DNA from: the human T2T-CHM13v2.0 reference genome, Homo sapiens
Assembly: GCF_009914755.1 (NCBI RefSeq)
Contig: NC_060930.1
Direction: 5' to 3' (one strand)
Length of the DNA stretch: 64,000 bases
Positions 28,379 to 41,009 of this stretch are shown in pieces. The notes under the pieces are model-generated. The model had not been told where the DNA came from. It was given only the letters and a program-made list of their open reading frames with translations, and searched no databases. Each line of letters begins with the position of its first letter. Position 1 is the first letter of the stretch. Position numbers and translations under genes: made by a program.

Positions 28379-31084
28379 TCTACTACTCATTTCTTAACAG
28401 CTGAAGCAAATCACAGGCTTTCAAAAGTGTAAAGACATTTAAAATATTATTTAGTCTACCTCTCCACACCATTAGGGTGTTAGTCAATTTCCACTAAGGG
28501 CTGAACTTCTGAGCAATATCCTCTCAGAACAGACCTGGGTATGGAGGGCTGGGAATCTTCAATAGACCCAGAGCTAGAACCAGTCAATCCAGTGGTGGTG
28601 GGAGTGGATGGCAGGGTACTAGACTCAAGACCAAGTGCTGGGGAAACATTCAGGCTGGCAGGCAAAACCTGGACTCTCAATTATAGAAACCTGTACTAAG
28701 TTCTGAATGATCATTGCATCTGGGAGAGTTGGGTTTGGGAGAGCACAGAAGTAGCAAACCCAGGAGGTGGTGTTTAGAGACACAAGCTGACAAGACAATA
28801 TGTCAGGATGCAGCTCAGTCTGTGAAAGTTTCAGAGGCAGAATTGCAGACTACATATTCTGGTCTGTGAAGCACCTAAACCTGACCTTCCACTTGCAGCT
28901 TTGGCCTCATGATGTGCCAACTTGCCTGTCATTCTCAATGCTCCCATCACTCTAGCCTTCTTTCTAACCAAGCTCCTTTGTACTCCAGACTCATTCAGAT
29001 TAAATGTCAGTTTCTCACAGAGGCTCTTTCAGGACACTCTCTAACTCCAATTTATCCTGTGCGTAATCTTTAGGACCCCTCCTCTCCATTTCCTATATCA
29101 TCTCTACTGTAAGTTCAAAGACGGCAGGATACCTGTGTCTTCTTCCTTGTTGTATCCAGCAATACCAGGCACTTTTGATAGGTACTTGACATATTCTGAG
29201 TACTTATTAAACATTTAAATGAATGACTGAATGAACAAATGAACTAATTAATAACTGGTTAACAAATGAATTAATCTAGTTGGGGAAGGGGGCTGATAGA
29301 TAAAAGTTTCTGTAAGTAAACATATTTCAAACAAATCCTTGACTAAATAACAGAAGCCAGGGAAGAGAAGGTGATGGACTTCATTAGAGTCTTAAAAAAT
29401 GAAGGGAATGAAAACAGACCATAGGAATGAGGTGAAGGAGGAGATGGTGCTGATTAGATTGAGCCTCAGTGGATGATAAACTATTATAGCACAGTGGTAA
29501 AACCCTGGTATGGCTATCAGCAGGTAACCAGGAAAATGCCAGCCATCCCTCTTGGTTTGAGAGATGTGGGAGAATAAATTAATCTCACTCAAGAAGACAG
29601 AAGGATGCATTTTTATTAGGTTTCGGTTAGGGGAGATTTGGATAAAGCCATCTGCACAAAGGTTGTGGATATAGTGATGTTTCTGCATGATGGAATATGG
29701 GAAAGGGTGGACGAGAGAGGACACATCTTAGAGTATTATGGTAGAGGTGAAGAAGAGTCCAGCAGTAAGAGGAGAGTTACTCAAGGCACAGGGGAAGAAA
29801 TTTATCTTGGGAGATGACAAATTACAAAGATAACAGTCAGAGCAGAAGTGATTCGCTTCAAACACGCAACTTTGCTGCAAGTTGACAGGAAGCCTAGCAG
29901 TATCTGGTCTAATCTCAGAGAAGAGGGCCCCAACTTTCCTGCATGACCATGAAGACCCTCATCTGGGGCTGGCCCCTAAACACATAGAAAAAAGATGTCT
30001 ATTTACCACATCACTATGGAATGACAGCTTTTGGCACTACGCTAGGCACCCTGCTGGTGGTGTTGGAGAGGGAGTAGTTAAGAAGGCAAGTTGGACTAAG
30101 AAAAGAATAATACATTTCTTGTCCATTCTCTAAAAATTCACTTGGTTCCATGGGCTACCTATTCTTTCCAGATAAAATAAGGCAAGCCTGGTGGATGGGC
30201 ACCAATAAGAACCATTTCATTGTGAACTGCCCACCCAAGCTCCATATCCAGATACTCTCCTTGTGGTGAAGCAGACAGCTAAGGTGTACACCAATTCTCT
30301 TAAGGTAGCAGAGTCATTGAGTCACTTAATACTATCCACTGAATTGATCCTCGTTTAAAATTCAAAATTCAGTATTCATCAAGATTCTTAGGTTATGTAC
30401 AATGTAATTATTTGTTGTCTATTCCCCAAATTGCATTTTAAGGGGAAAACTCTCACACTGATCATTCATTTAACAGACATATCCTATATGTAAAGGCACT
30501 TTACATATGCTACTCAATCTACTCATGTCAGTAATCTTGAAAAGTGGGCACTATTATCCTTCTTTTACAAATAAGGATGCTGTGTCTCAGAGGGGCATAC
30601 TTGTTAAACACACCACAGACAAGATGCACTTGACTTCAAAGCCCATGTTCTTTCAAGCACACCTCAGCTCAGTCTGGAGTCACACAGAGTAAGGCTCAAT
30701 ATCACAAAAGTGGTTACAGTGTTTGTATCAGAACAACGCTGCTTGAGAAAACTGAAGGTGGAGGAAACAACATTAGATAGATGTAGCTGCAGTTTGAAAT
30801 TTTGGGTTCAACTAGCATTCTTTGAATAATCATGTATCCCCTTCTGTGCAGATCAGCTTGGTGGTCAGAGTCAGAATTTTACTCTCCTCCAGGCATTGAC
30901 AGTGTTATGACATATCTGAAAGAAAAGAACATTGTATTGACGAGTAAATCAATACAGTATATTTGGTCTAATGTCCTGAAGGAGATCAGGCAGAGGAGAG
31001 AAGAGTCAGTGTGAACTAGGCTGGTGGCTCTGTCCGGTAGGGAGATGGAAAGGGTGCCGCCCATCATAGAAGTACCAGAACTTG

Positions 31085-31150
31085 AGCTGGACTTTGCTGA
31101 TTTAGCTTATGGAAGAGGAACCAGAAATTTGTCCTTGAATAATGTTTCCC
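31085..31150 (+). other. CALHM6: CALHM6 short first exon (5' end approximate)
   Basis: Strong donor CCC|GTAAGT at 31151; candidate tandem acceptor AAG/CAG at 31587-31592 ahead of the main ATG; consistent with the known 3-exon structure. Confidence 0.65.
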
Positions 31151-31154
31151 GTAA
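31146..31154. promoter_or_regulatory. GAS/STAT site TTCCCGTAA overlapping the exon-1 splice donor
   Basis: Same 9-mer as the high-affinity m67 SIE core; CALHM6 is known to be IFN-gamma inducible. Confidence 0.55.
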
Positions 31155-31463
31155 GTAATCAGTTTTTTGATAATTATTTGGTTTTACTGTGATCTGGCTT
31201 AGTAACTAGGGTGGCTGCAATAGAGGAAAATCTGGTATTTCCCAGTTTTTCCAACTGGCGGCCGTGGGTCAAGAAGGTTAGTTTCCTGGTTCGTTGTCAG
31301 ATTGGTGGTAATAAAGGAACAAGGTCAACCTTCTGTCAGAGTTCCTGAATTGGGGGAGGAAGATAACTGGTGCCTCTGCCTTTGGAATGGGGTGGGTGCC
31401 AGAGAAGTCAAGGTCCTGGGGGTGTTTGCTTGCCTGGTTCTGTTAACCAGAGGTGGTGTGGCT

Positions 31464-31482
31464 GAAATGAGAAAGTGAAACT
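31464..31482. promoter_or_regulatory. ISRE / IRF-E (GAAATGAGAAAGTGAAACT)
   Basis: Reverse complement of 31471-31482 is AGTTTCACTTTC, an exact match to AGTTTCNNTTTC, with a third GAAA upstream. Confidence 0.7.
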
Positions 31483-31548
31483 TTAGGAAGGTCTGAGAAG
31501 CCCTCTTCCCTTTAAAAAAAAAAAAAAAAAGGCTGCTTCTCGCAGAGT

Positions 31549-31558
31549 GGAAAGCCCC
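31549..31558 (-). promoter_or_regulatory. NF-kB site GGGGCTTTCC
   Basis: Fits GGGRNWYYCC; 67 bp from the ISRE. Confidence 0.55.
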
Positions 31559-31619
31559 GGTCCCCATCCCACCAAAACCATTTGACAAGCAGGACAACGA
31601 AGAGGCAGAAGGATCTGGG

Positions 31620-32245
31620 CCTGTGCGCGACGCCCCGGGGGACGAGGCTCATGGAGAAGTTTCGGGCGGTGCTGGACCTGCACGTCAAGCACCACAGCGC
31701 CTTGGGCTACGGCCTGGTGACCCTGCTGACGGCGGGCGGGGAGCGCATCTTCTCCGCCGTGGCATTCCAGTGCCCGTGCAGCGCCGCCTGGAACCTGCCC
31801 TACGGCCTGGTCTTCTTGCTGGTGCCGGCGCTCGCGCTCTTCCTCCTGGGCTACGTGCTGAGCGCACGCACGTGGCGCCTGCTCACCGGATGCTGCTCCA
31901 GCGCCCGCGCGAGTTGCGGATCGGCGCTGCGCGGCTCCCTGGTGTGCACGCAAATCAGCGCGGCCGCCGCGCTCGCGCCCCTCACCTGGGTGGCCGTGGC
32001 GCTGCTCGGGGGCGCCTTTTACGAGTGCGCGGCCACCGGGAGCGCGGCCTTCGCGCAGCGCCTGTGCCTCGGCCGCAACCGCAGCTGCGCCGCGGAGCTG
32101 CCGCTGGTGCCGTGCAACCAGGCCAAGGCGTCGGACGTGCAGGACCTCCTGAAGGATCTGAAGGCTCAGTCGCAGGTCTGCCGCTGGCGCTGGGGGCGTT
32201 TGGGAGGAGCCGAGAGGCCGAGCTTTCTCAGGGCCGCTGGGGTGA
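31620..32245. promoter_or_regulatory. CpG island over CALHM6 exon 2
   Basis: Very high GC and dense CpG against an AT-rich background. Confidence 0.9.
31651..32175 (+). CDS. CALHM6: Calcium homeostasis modulator 6 (FAM26F), first coding exon, codons 1-175
   Basis: MEKFRAVLDLHVKHHSALGYGLVTLLTAGGERIFSAVAFQCPCS...LKAQSQ; phase-0 donor CAG|GT at 32176. Confidence 0.97.
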
Positions 32246-33003
32246 GGGAAAAATCGGTGACTTTTCTCCAGATATACAGTACCCTAAGAAAATCTAGAAT
32301 GGCTCCTTGCATCTAATTTGCCGTCAAGAGAATATCTGAATAAAACGAATGAAAAGGAGAAAAACGCATTCCCGTAGTATCTGGCACTGTACATGAATCG
32401 TGGAAAGTGGGAGTGAGAGTGGGCACGCCTACTCAGTGCCAGATACTGCGCTAGGCCCTTGACCTCCTGCATTATTTTTACGTCTCACAACAGCTCTGTT
32501 GGGTGCAAAATTGCGGTTTTGCCATTACAAGTAATAGTTTCGTATCTCCCCTATATAGTGACTTCACTGAGTCTAAGTAAAGTTGTTTGCCCAGCCAATA
32601 GAAAGCAGAATTGTTAGAATTAAAGGGGTCTATAGAATAAAATGGGTTTGTCTGGCTCTAAAGCCACCACTGGACTTAGAAAGCTCAGAGGTTCTTTAAA
32701 ATGAACACTTCTTTCCCAGGATTTGCAGAAATTCCACATTTTGAGTTCTAAGGGAATGGTATGGGCTCCTCCCTGGGCAGAATCATAGTGCATAACTTGG
32801 ACTACAGTTGACTTTCCAAACAAGAAGTTGTACTGGGGGGCTAGGGAGGTTACTGCGACACCTTACTCTTAAGGAATTAAGACCTAAAACTGTTGCTTGT
32901 TCATCATCATAACTGGCGAGTAGTTGAAACTTTATCTGAGGATTTTTAAATTTCTTGTAAAAAACCAAGTAACTAAATTACTATTTTGTTGTGTTTTCTT
33001 AAG

Positions 33004-33426
33004 GTGTTGGGCTGGATCTTGATAGCAGTTGTTATCATCATTCTTCTGATTTTTACATCTGTCACCCGATGCCTATCTCCAGTTAGTTTTCTGCAGCTGA
33101 AATTCTGGAAAATCTATTTGGAACAGGAGCAGCAGATCCTTAAAAGTAAAGCCACAGAGCATGCAACTGAATTGGCAAAAGAGAATATTAAATGTTTCTT
33201 TGAGGGCTCGCATCCAAAAGAATATAACACTCCAAGCATGAAAGAGTGGCAGCAAATTTCATCACTGTATACTTTCAATCCGAAGGGCCAGTACTACAGC
33301 ATGTTGCACAAATATGTCAACAGAAAAGAGAAGACTCACAGTATCAGGTCTACTAAAGGAGATACGGTGATTCCTGTTCTTGGCTTTGTAGATTCATCTG
33401 GTATAAACAGCACTCCTGAGTTATGA
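33004..33426 (+). CDS. CALHM6: CALHM6 last coding exon, codons 176-315
   Basis: Acceptor ttttcttaag ending 33003; VLGWILIAVVIIILLIF...LQLKFWKIY...INSTPEL*; total 315 aa; ATTAAA/AATAAA at 33472-33484. Confidence 0.97.
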   Translation: MLGWILIAVVIIILLIFTSVTRCLSPVSFLQLKFWKIYLEQEQQILKSKATEHATELAKENIKCFFEGSHPKEYNTPSMKEWQQISSLYTFNPKGQYYSMLHKYVNRKEKTHSIRSTKGDTVIPVLGFVDSSGINSTPEL

Positions 33427-34127
33427 CCTTTTGAATGAGTAGAAAAAAAAATTGTTTTGAATTATTGCTTTATTAAAAAATAAACATTGGTATTTTTTGA
33501 GTGCTTTTTTTCTTCCAAATTGTGGAATTTTATATCTGAAATTAAAATATAGAGCTTAACCTCTTTATAATATTATTTAAAACAAACAAAAAAAGAAAGT
33601 GATTCATCCAAAGTAAAAGCTAGAACTAAAAGAAGTCTTATATCCTTGTTCTAGAGTCCTTTTCAAATAAAAGACTTTTGGAGCAAAAACAGTGGCAGAA
33701 CAATTGAACTTCAGACATTTCTGTTAGGTTATCTGATGTTAATTTCAAGTTCATTTTCTTGCCCACAACATCTTGTTAGGAACTTTAAAATTACGGCATT
33801 CTAGCTGGTTCTATAGCACAATTGATGGCACATTGGGCTTCTAGTCGAGCCTGCTGTGGTCATTCAAAAATTAGAGCATTTTATGACTCTAATAGGGTTA
33901 CAATAATAAATTAATCATGAAAAGGAAAATAAACTTTGTAAAATACGAAATTTGAAAAAGTAGTTAAGAGAATTGCAGGCAACAAGTGTTGTTTTTAGTT
34001 TATAGGATCAGAGGGAAAGTGTTAAAGCTTATATGTTATGGTAAATATAAACTAAACACAAAAGTAGAGAGGATAGTTTTATGAGCCTCCAAGTAGTTGT
34101 TACACAGCTTCAACAGAGTTGGGAAGT

Positions 34128-34383
34128 CAGATAAAACCAATACCAAACAAATAAATGCAAATTGTGACCTGATTTAGATTAGGGGAGAAGGGATTTGGGG
34201 AAGCTTTTTAAAAACTGAATCCTGTAGGGTAGCAAGAAGGAGCATTTCAGTCATACAGATAAAACCAATACCATACAAAGAAATGCAAATTGTGACCTGA
34301 TTTAGATTAGGGGAGAAGGGATTTGAGGAAACTTTTTGAAAACTGAATCCTGTAGGGTAGCAAGAAGGAGCATTTCAGTCCTA
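34128..34383. repeat. Tandem duplication, 2 x 128 bp, inside an L2 remnant
   Basis: CAGATAAAACCAATACCA...GCATTTCAGTC starts at 34128 and again at 34256, about 6 substitutions. Confidence 0.95.
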
Positions 34384-35188
34384 CTGAAGGAACAGTATGT
34401 GCAAAGACTAGGGAGAAAAAGATGTTAGCAGAGTTGGAAACCTGAAAGGCGACTGAAAAAAATGAGCAAGGGACTGAGTGTGCAGTGCCTGGAAACCATG
34501 AGAAGGATTTTGGTTTTCATCATATGAGCATTTTAGGAAGATGGTTTGCTTTCCTTGAGAGAAAAGGAATGACATGGGAAGCAGGAGAGCCAGGGTAGAA
34601 GGAGAGAGACTAATCAGGAGGCCACTACAGTGGAAATAGGTGGGAGTGAACTTGAACTGAGTGGATGGGGACCAAAATGGAAAAAGTAGATAGATTCAAG
34701 GTAGACTTTGTACATAGATGTGGCAGGATTTGTTGATAGAAAGTCTCTAAAGACGGTGAGAGCAATTATATCTACGGATAAAATTCTGTAACTTTATAAT
34801 GCCGGGACTTTTCAGCGATCCTTGCCTTCCATTAGCTTGTCATTCCTGCCCATTCCCCAAATTTGTGGCTGTTTTCTGAATTTTAAAATATGAGATAAAA
34901 AAACTTTAAACTATAAAATAATTGAGCACTGGTCATATTTAGCCCTTCTTCCTCTTTTGGCAGAAGCTTATGCTGATTTCTGTTTACCTTTTTCTGCATA
35001 AGGCCGTTAAAAAGAACTAACCTACAGGGCAGAATATCCTGTTGTTGAGAGTCATGCGTAACAAGAAAGTTGGCAGCAGAAACAGCGTGATCAGCTTTTT
35101 TTCATTCCCTAAAAGAATGCTTTTGAAAATCATATCATACCTAGTTTCATTTTTACTTCCTTTATTTCATTTTCCAATTGCTGCTTCC

Positions 35189-35478
35189 TTTTTCGTCTGA
35201 GACAGGATCTCACTCTGTCACCCAGGCTGGAGTGTAGTGGCAAGATCTTGGCTCACCGCAAACTCTGCCTCCCTGACTCAAGTGATCCTCCCACCCCAGC
35301 CTCCTGAGTAACTGGGACCACAGGCATGTGCCACCATGCCCAGCTAATTTTTGTACTTTTTGTAGAAATGGGGTTTCACCATGTTGCCCAGGCTGGTCTC
35401 GAACTCCTGGGCTCAAGCAATCTGCTTGCCTCAGCCTCAAAGTGCTGGGATTACAGATGTGAGCCACTGCGCCCAGCC
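35189..35478 (-). mobile_element. Alu (AluJ-like)
   Basis: TGAGACAGGATCTCACTCTGTCACCCAGGCTGG...GAGCCACTGCGCCCAGCC. Confidence 0.9.
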
Positions 35479-37266
35479 TCCAATATCTTTTTGTATATTC
35501 TTTCCTTTCAAAACTTTTTTTATGTTCTATCACTTATACTTGCATCTTCAGTAGTATCATATTGTCTCCATTGTTTTGATTTATGCTCCACCTCCTCTTG
35601 CACAGTCCTTAATAATTATTGTGAAAATATATATGCTTAAGAAAATAATTGTAATGGTAGAGAATGGTGAGAAGTAAAATAAAATTACCTCATTCCTTTG
35701 CAATATATTCTTCTCAGAAGTAGCCATGTATAAACTCTGTGTCTGCATAAACTCTATCATAAGTGTTGTTCTGTAACTTTTACACATAAAGTACAATTAT
35801 TCCATGTCAGTATCTGACAATTTACCTCATTTAAAAAATTGCTACTTAGTATTTTACTGGTTAGTAGGATATTATCCCTTTTTTGTTAACCCCACCGACC
35901 AGCCCCCACACACATGCACACACATTCATAAAGTGTAGAAAGGTAAGCACTAAATTATCAAATGTGGTCCCTTCTGAGGACTAAGATTGGTGCAGGAATT
36001 TTTTTTAATTTCATGCACTTTTGATCTTTGGAGTTGTTGTAATGAATAATAAATATTAAATGTATAATTGGAAATTTTTAAAAAGTAACCTTACCCTGGT
36101 GTAGAGTTTTACAGTCAAAAAAGCAGTTTTGCATCTTTTATTTCATTTCATTTTAACAAGTTTCCAGGTTACCCGTGAAACACCTCACTCACATTTACAA
36201 ATGGGAATCGAAAGTTAAAGAGGTTACATCATTAATCCAAAGTTACATGTCAATAAAGGCAAAACCAAAGGTAGGGTACGGATCCTCCCTAGATGATGTA
36301 GTTTAATGTGGCCACTGGCTGTTTTTATTACTGGGTCAGATTTTTCCCTTCCTAGCCCATGTGACTTTGTGGGCAGAAGAGATACAGATCTCCTTAGTGA
36401 CCCTCAATATTTGACGTTTTATCTTGAAACTCAGCAACTACTAACAGGAAAGACCACTTTGAATAAACATGGTGAGACTGAGACACAGTAAGTTATTTCT
36501 TGGTGGGAACAAGGTCACTGCTATTTGGCAGAAGTCACCACTCCTCTGGGCCTGGCCCAAACAGGCTGCATCATTGGCTGAAGAAGCATTTCTACACTCA
36601 GTATGTATTTATTTGCTGGTTTACCAAATGATTCTTCATCATCACCCCCAGCTTTATGCTATCCTGAACACCTAACCTTTAAAGAGATTCAGATGCAGAA
36701 TCTGCTATTAATATTTGCTGAAAAACAACCACATTGTTATAAGAGATGATTCTACGTTGTATCGAGTACTGGCAAGATAATAACAAGGCATAAGATTAAG
36801 AATGGTCTCCTTGCTTTATCCAAAGCCATGGCTAGAAATATCAATGCTCAATGAACTGACTAAAGAAGCAAGTCCTAAGGGGAGTATCTGAAAATAGAAT
36901 TAGCCAAATACTCAAATGTCTCTGGCTGAAAAACATCTTGGAACTCTAAATTTCACAACATCCTGCATCTTATCTACCAGGTGGCCTACAATAAATTATT
37001 CTCCCCAAGATAAAAGATGGAGAAACCCTCCCTCTCTGAGTCAGCCCCAGCAGCAGCAGCCAGGGCCTATTTTGACAGCAGCGCACTCCCACTGAGTGTT
37101 TAGCACACCTCACACTAAGCCTACCCCAAAAGCAAAGCCTTTAGTTGACTTAATTTTGTCCCTTCCTCTTCATTACATACTTATGAAATATCTCTTGTAA
37201 ATTGCAATGTAAGGACTGTGGAATTGATCATATTATATTCTTATCCAGTGAAAAAGACTGAAATCA

Positions 37267-37590
<324 letters not shown>

Positions 37591-37714
37591 TTAAAAGATC
37601 CAAATCAAAAAAGGGTATATTCTTTCAAGATGATTTGCCACAAGGACTAGAACATTAAGAAGTTCCAAATGAAAGGAATATCCTACAAGATCCGGCAATT
37701 TATTGCCATTTTAA

Positions 37715-38600
37715 AAATTATGAGAAATAAATCACAGAGAAGAGTATATGAAACATTTATGTACAATTTAATAATTATTACAAAGCAAACATCTATGTAA
37801 CCACCGAAGAGTGGAAGGAAATGTACATTTCCAGCACCCCAGAAACCCCTGCCTCATACATCCTTTCACACTTCCAACTCTTTCCACCTAGAAGTGAGAA
37901 GTGATCATTTCTTTCTTTTTGCTGTTTTACCACTTAAGTGTGCATTCCTAAACTATCCATGCTTAGTTTTGCTGGTTTTTGAACTTTAAATGAATACAAT
38001 CGTGCTGTAATAATTGTTTTGTGATATTCTTTTTGTTTTTAAGAGATTAATCCACATTATGTCTAGGACAATTTATTTATTTTGATTGCTGTGTGGTATT
38101 TTATTGTTCAAATATACTATAATGTAGTCCATTGAACTGCTGATGGACATTTGGGTTGTTCCCAGTTCTGGCTCTTATCAGCACTGCTGGTATGAACATT
38201 CATGCACTTGTACTCTGATAAACACGAGCAAGTGTTTCTTCAGAGTGCATTTCTGGGAATAAGTGGTAGCATGAGAGTATGCACATATTCCAGTTTGTTA
38301 TATCATGTCAAATATAAAGGATTGTATCCATTTATACTACTATAAGAATTCTCATTGCTTCTCACTTCTGCAATATTTGGTATTTCTAGTTATTTACTTT
38401 TTGTCAGGGGAATATGTAATGGTATCTCTCATTGTGGTTTCAACTGACATTTCCCTAATCATTGCAGACTTTAGGCATCTATACATCTCTTTTCTAGCCA
38501 TTTGGATATCCTTTTTTATGAAATGCCTATTCAAACCTTTTGCCCATTTTCTATATTTAGTTTGTCTGTCTTTTCCTTATTGATTCATAGGATTTCATTA
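37715..38600 (-). mobile_element. Old L1 (L1M-type) 3' fragments
   Basis: GATGGACATTTGGGTTGTTCCCAG, GGTATCTCTCATTGTGGTTT, AAATGCCTATTCAAACCTTTTGCCCATTTT. Confidence 0.65.
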
Positions 38601-39084
38601 TTATTTCATTCACTTAAACCAACAAATATTTATTGAGTGTCTGATACATTCTGGGCATGTTCTAGCATGTGTCAATGAAGCAAAACCAAAGCTCTGTCCT
38701 CATGGAGCTTACATTCTAGGGGGAAGCGGAGGAAAAAAGAGCAGCCACAATAAATAATAATAATAATAAAAAATAAATAATTGGGTATGTAAGGAGAAGA
38801 TTAATACTATGAAAAAAAGAAAACGGAGAGCACCCCAAGAAGCATTAGAAAGGCTGGAGATTGGAGAGCTGTTGCCCTCATGAGAAACGACCTTTGAGCA
38901 AAGATTGAAGGGATGAAGGGTTAATCAAGGTGGTCTGAGAATGGCGAATTAGGGGACAGAAATAGGCCATGAAGTCAGAGAGATAAAGGGGTTGGGGACA
39001 GATTATGTAAGCCTTTGGACCACTGTAAGCACTCTGGCTTTTATTCTGAATGAGCTGAACAACTACCTCACACATTCCCTACAA

Positions 39085-39567
39085 CAGCAGTCCCCAACCT
39101 TTTTGGCACTAGAGACTGGTTTCTTGGAAGACGATTTTTCCACAGACAGGGGTGGGGGTGGGTGGTTTCAGGACGATTCAAGTGCATTACATTTTTTGTG
39201 CACTTTATTTCTATTATTATTACATTGTAATAATGAAATAATTATACAACTCACCATAATGTAGAATCAGTGGGAACCCTGAGCTTGTTTTCCTGCAACT
39301 AGATGGTCCCATCTGGGGGTAAGGGGAGACAATGACAGATCATCAGGCATTAGATTCGCATAAGGAGCATGCAACTTAGATCCCTCACTAGATGCTGCCG
39401 ATCTAACAGGAGGTGGAGCTCAGGCGGTAATCCAAGTAATGGGCAGCAGCTGTAAATACAGATGAAGCTTCACTTGCTCGCTTGTCACTCACCTCCTGCT
39501 GTGTGGCCCAGTTCCTAACAGGCCATGGACCGATACCAGCCCATGGCCCAGGGGTTAGGGACCCCTG
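39085..39567 (+). mobile_element. hAT-Charlie DNA transposon (MER1A-like)
   Basis: Terminal inverted repeats CAGCAGTCCCCAACC ... GGTTAGGGACCCCTG; perfect 8-bp TSD ccctacaa (39077-39084 / 39568-39575). Confidence 0.92.
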
Positions 39568-40051
39568 CCCTACAACACCTAAATGATCTGATGACTGAAG
39601 CTGACCATTGGACTTTCTGGGATAATCAACAGAAGATAAGAACATACTGACTTAAAAGACAAGAAGTGATGCTCCCTTTTAGAATGTAGGTAACCATAAC
39701 CCTTGAGCTAAGGAAAGATACCTAAGACCAAATAGCATGTGTTACTGTGGAATTAAAGTCAGATGGTAAGTGTATGGGCATGCATGCGTGTTGTGCATGA
39801 GTTTCCTTATGGTACTTTAAGTACTTTTTTTTATAGTTTGTTTTGCTAGGAGAATAGTACGTGAGAAACTTGGTTTGATAAAATTATTGATAACAGTGAG
39901 AAATGAACTTGTATATTCAGTAGTCACAGTTTGCTTTTAAAACTCTGCAACTCACTTTTCAGTGACCCTCCTTGTCAAGTTTTGGGCCCTATTTAACTAA
40001 TGCCCTCAGGGTCACCATCTACTCCTTAATATATTTACTTTCAACCATTCA

Positions 40052-40386
40052 AGAAATATCCCTCAGTATCTGTGGGGGATTTGTTCCTGGACCCTCTATG
40101 GATACCAAATCCATGGATACTCAAGTCCCTTCTATAAAATAGTGTAGCATTTTTATATAACCTATGCACATCCTCCTATGTATTTTAAATCATCTTTAGA
40201 TTATTCTTAATACCTACTACAGTGAAAATGCTATGTAATAGTTGTTATACTCTATTGTTTAGGGAATAATGACAAGAAAAAAGTTTGTACATGTTCAGTA
40301 CAGTTGCAGCTATCGAAATTTTTTTCCAAATACTTTTGACCTATAGTTAGTTGGTTGAATCCATGGATATGGAGAGCTGATTGTAT
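40052..40386. mobile_element. TcMar-Tigger MITE (MER2-like)
   Basis: CCCTCAGTATCTGTGGGGGATT...GGATACCAAATCCATGGATACTCAAGTCCC...GGTTGAATCCATGGATATGGAG. Confidence 0.8.
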
Positions 40387-41009
40387 TGAGAGAGGATACT
40401 GTTTGTGGGAATCTTTATAATCCCATCATTCAGAGCTCAGACACTAGAGGCAGTTAACACTGGGTTTATGGCTTGGCCTCTACTAAGGATGTGACTTCAA
40501 ATGCCTCTCCAAATCTCAGTTTCAGCTTTTGTAAAATGTGGAATAATCATATTATTTACCCAGATGATTTTGTGAGGATTAAATGAGATAATGCCTAGAA
40601 AATGCTCAATAAACAAAATTTATTATTATTATAAGGCAGTAGGCTAAAGGGATCAGAGAAAAGGAGAGAAATAAGATGTTACTTCTACTCTCAAAGAATC
40701 AGTAGGCAAATACGTAAACAATTAGCCATAATTGGAATAAAAAACTAAACTATAATAAAAGAATAAGCAAAGTGTTTTCAGAATACAGATCTGCCTAGGA
40801 ATATTCACATAAATTTCATTAAAGAGGAAATATTTTAGCTAAGGCTTGAGAATGAGTTAGATTCCAATAATCTGGGCTGAAAAGTCAAATCTACTGAAAG
40901 TCTAACCTCATAAACTTGCTGGCTACCCAGAGCCCCCAGTGAAGGTCCCTTCCATTACATTCCTACTGAACAGTGCTTTCTAAAACATACTAATCTCTCA
41001 TTACCCCAG

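Noticed and set aside
31582-31650. N-terminal extension of CALHM6 in the ORF track (MTSRTTKRQ...)
   Set aside because: Starts at TTG upstream of the likely acceptor; the CALHM-type start is ATG 31651. The ORF tail after 32175 is intron read-through
31483-31953. Antisense 156-aa ORF over CALHM6 exon 2
   Set aside because: Expected stop-poor frame in a CpG island; no independent support
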